In this document: one piece after another, positions 62,301 to 64,000 of the stretch | Position numbering within the stretch: position 1 is the first letter of the stretch | Layout of the letters: every line of letters begins with the position of its first letter | Origin: Podarcis pityusensis | Taxonomy: Eukaryota | Assembly (NCBI GenBank): GCA_964106645.2 | Contig: OZ067039.1 | DNA length: 64,000 bases | Reading direction: 5' to 3' (one strand) | The notes under the pieces: generated by a model | Database searches by the model: none | The model's input: only the letters and a program-made list of their open reading frames with translations | What the model was told of the DNA's origin: nothing | Translations under genes and position numbers: made by a program

Positions 62301-64000
62301 AGCGATAGCAAGAAACTACGGCTACTGTCAACACCAGAAACCTGAGATAACCCAGGGGAAGTCATTCACCACATTCTTGGCCATTCAGGTTTGAAATCAA
62401 CGGGAGCTTTACTTGGGTTTATCTTTCTGTCCTGACTCTGCATTTAGAGAAGGAAAAATTATTTCAGGCTAAGCTTCTACAGACACTTTCAACTTTGTTC
62501 TTTCTTCGTTAGGAGCTCTTACCTCTATGCACACACAATGTAACCATGTGGAGGCAGGTATGAAGGCAAACAGGAAGTCAAAATCCCATACTTCTGCTAA
62601 GTTTCAACTGCTGAAAATGCTAATGTTCAATGGCTCAAATTCAACATTCTCCAAAAGATTCTGCTTCCACAGTTGGCAAATTCATTTCAAGATTTAGTTT
62701 GAATACTGCTTCTGTTAGCTAGAATGTACTCTGCAGCAAGTATATGTTCCTATATCCCTGCAAGGCAGGGATGGCCAATGCCATGCTTTCCAGACAACTT
62801 CCCTAACCATTGGTCATGCTGCCTTGGACTGGTGGGAATTGTAGTCCACAATAGCTGGAGGGCACCATGTTGGCGTGGCCCTTTCCAGCACAATTTTCAT
62901 GTTATGTTGGGTTGTATCTCCAATGGTGTCTCTTGAACTGACAGTGCAAGGTGCTTGATGAAACCTCTTAGAATAAGGGCTTGAGTTACGTTTTACCATG
63001 CCTGAGTTGTTGGTGACTACTCAGTTCTCCAGAGCAGATTAGAGAGTGTGCAAGGACTACATGTGGAGCAGAAATTGCCAAAATGCAAGCGTTCCATCAA
63101 CATGAGGGACAACTGGATACGACCCATTGAATGTGGGGAAGGTTGGGCAGCATGAGCATCCATGTCTTCTTTTTTCCTGACCTCAACACATTCAGCTTAA
63201 CATGGGCATAGATTCTACATTTGTAACCATGGTATGCATGTATGTAACAAGGTATGTATGTTACAATTTATGTAACAATGGTATGTTTGTATGTATGTAT
63301 TTCTACCCAGGAAAACAAAGTTCCCAGTTACCCAGATAATCCAATAGGTGTTATATATTTATGACATTTATATCCTACCTTTCCTCCAAAGAGGTGAAGG
63401 TGGCATTAATGAGGCTGTTTTTTTTAAATCTAATTTTTAAAAGGTAAGGCTTCTAATCACGTATTCTTGTATGAGACTTTTATCCTGTGTAATATTCCCT
63501 GCACATATCGCTTTTCCCTAGTTTTCTTAGGAGTGCATTCCCATGCCTTGAATATGCTCATGGCCTGGATCCAAAGAAGTGTAGGGTGATTGGGATTTGT
63601 GTTTGTTCAACTGCAGCTCACCACATTGTGTGGCAAATTGCTTCTGAAACTGAAGGGAGTTTCAAAACCAGCTTGTGGGACAGCAGGAAGGGTCAAAGAA
63701 ATAGAGGTGAACATACCTAGGCAGCAGGCACATATAACTCCTTGGATCACACCTATGTGCCTAGTTATACATAGCAAGGAATTTCCACCACCCCCATACA
63801 AATTTAATAGAGACCTGCGGGTATAGGGCGGTATATAAATTCAATAAACAAACAAACAAACAAACAAATCCATCCATCCATCCATCTTCCCTCTCCATCA
63901 CCATCTGGCTGGCCATTACTAGAAACACAATACTAGAGAAGACAGCCCTTGGACTAATCCAGCAAGGGAGTTAATTGTATTACATAAATGAACTATTCAA

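Noticed and set aside
1-64000. Prokaryotic-type systems (CRISPR arrays, operons, defence islands) or an autonomous transposase
   Set aside because: This is intron-rich vertebrate DNA; I saw no spaced repeat array and no intact transposase or RT ORF.

Overview
This is vertebrate genomic DNA. The repeats (Sauria-type SINEs with an ACCTTT tail, a BovB 3' end, a CR1-tailed tRNA SINE) point to a squamate, most likely a lacertid lizard. Two multi-exon genes lie tail-to-tail. On the + strand are the last seven coding exons of MAP2K4/MKK4 (791-8454), whose 3'UTR probably runs to ~11.7 kb. On the - strand is a complete myocardin (MYOCD) gene: 13 coding exons, ATG at 53315, stop at 16763, 2820 nt = 939 aa, a 3'UTR probably to ~12.1 kb, and ~10 kb of upstream sequence. 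All exons have GT-AG boundaries and consistent phases. The rest is introns with SINEs, TA-flanked Tc1/mariner-pogo MITEs, hAT MITEs, LINE fragments and microsatellites. I found no convincing wholly new biological system. The best leads are: (1) an MRTF-like, apparently intact RPEL2 in this myocardin; (2) near-abutting convergent 3' ends of two genes I recall as co-oriented and far apart in human; (3) five miR-1/206 seed matches in the MYOCD 3'UTR; (4) a uORF-rich MYOCD leader; (5) candidate isoform-generating splice sites; (6) a CTCF site with its upstream module. Comparisons with human and MRTF sequences are from memory and need alignment to confirm.
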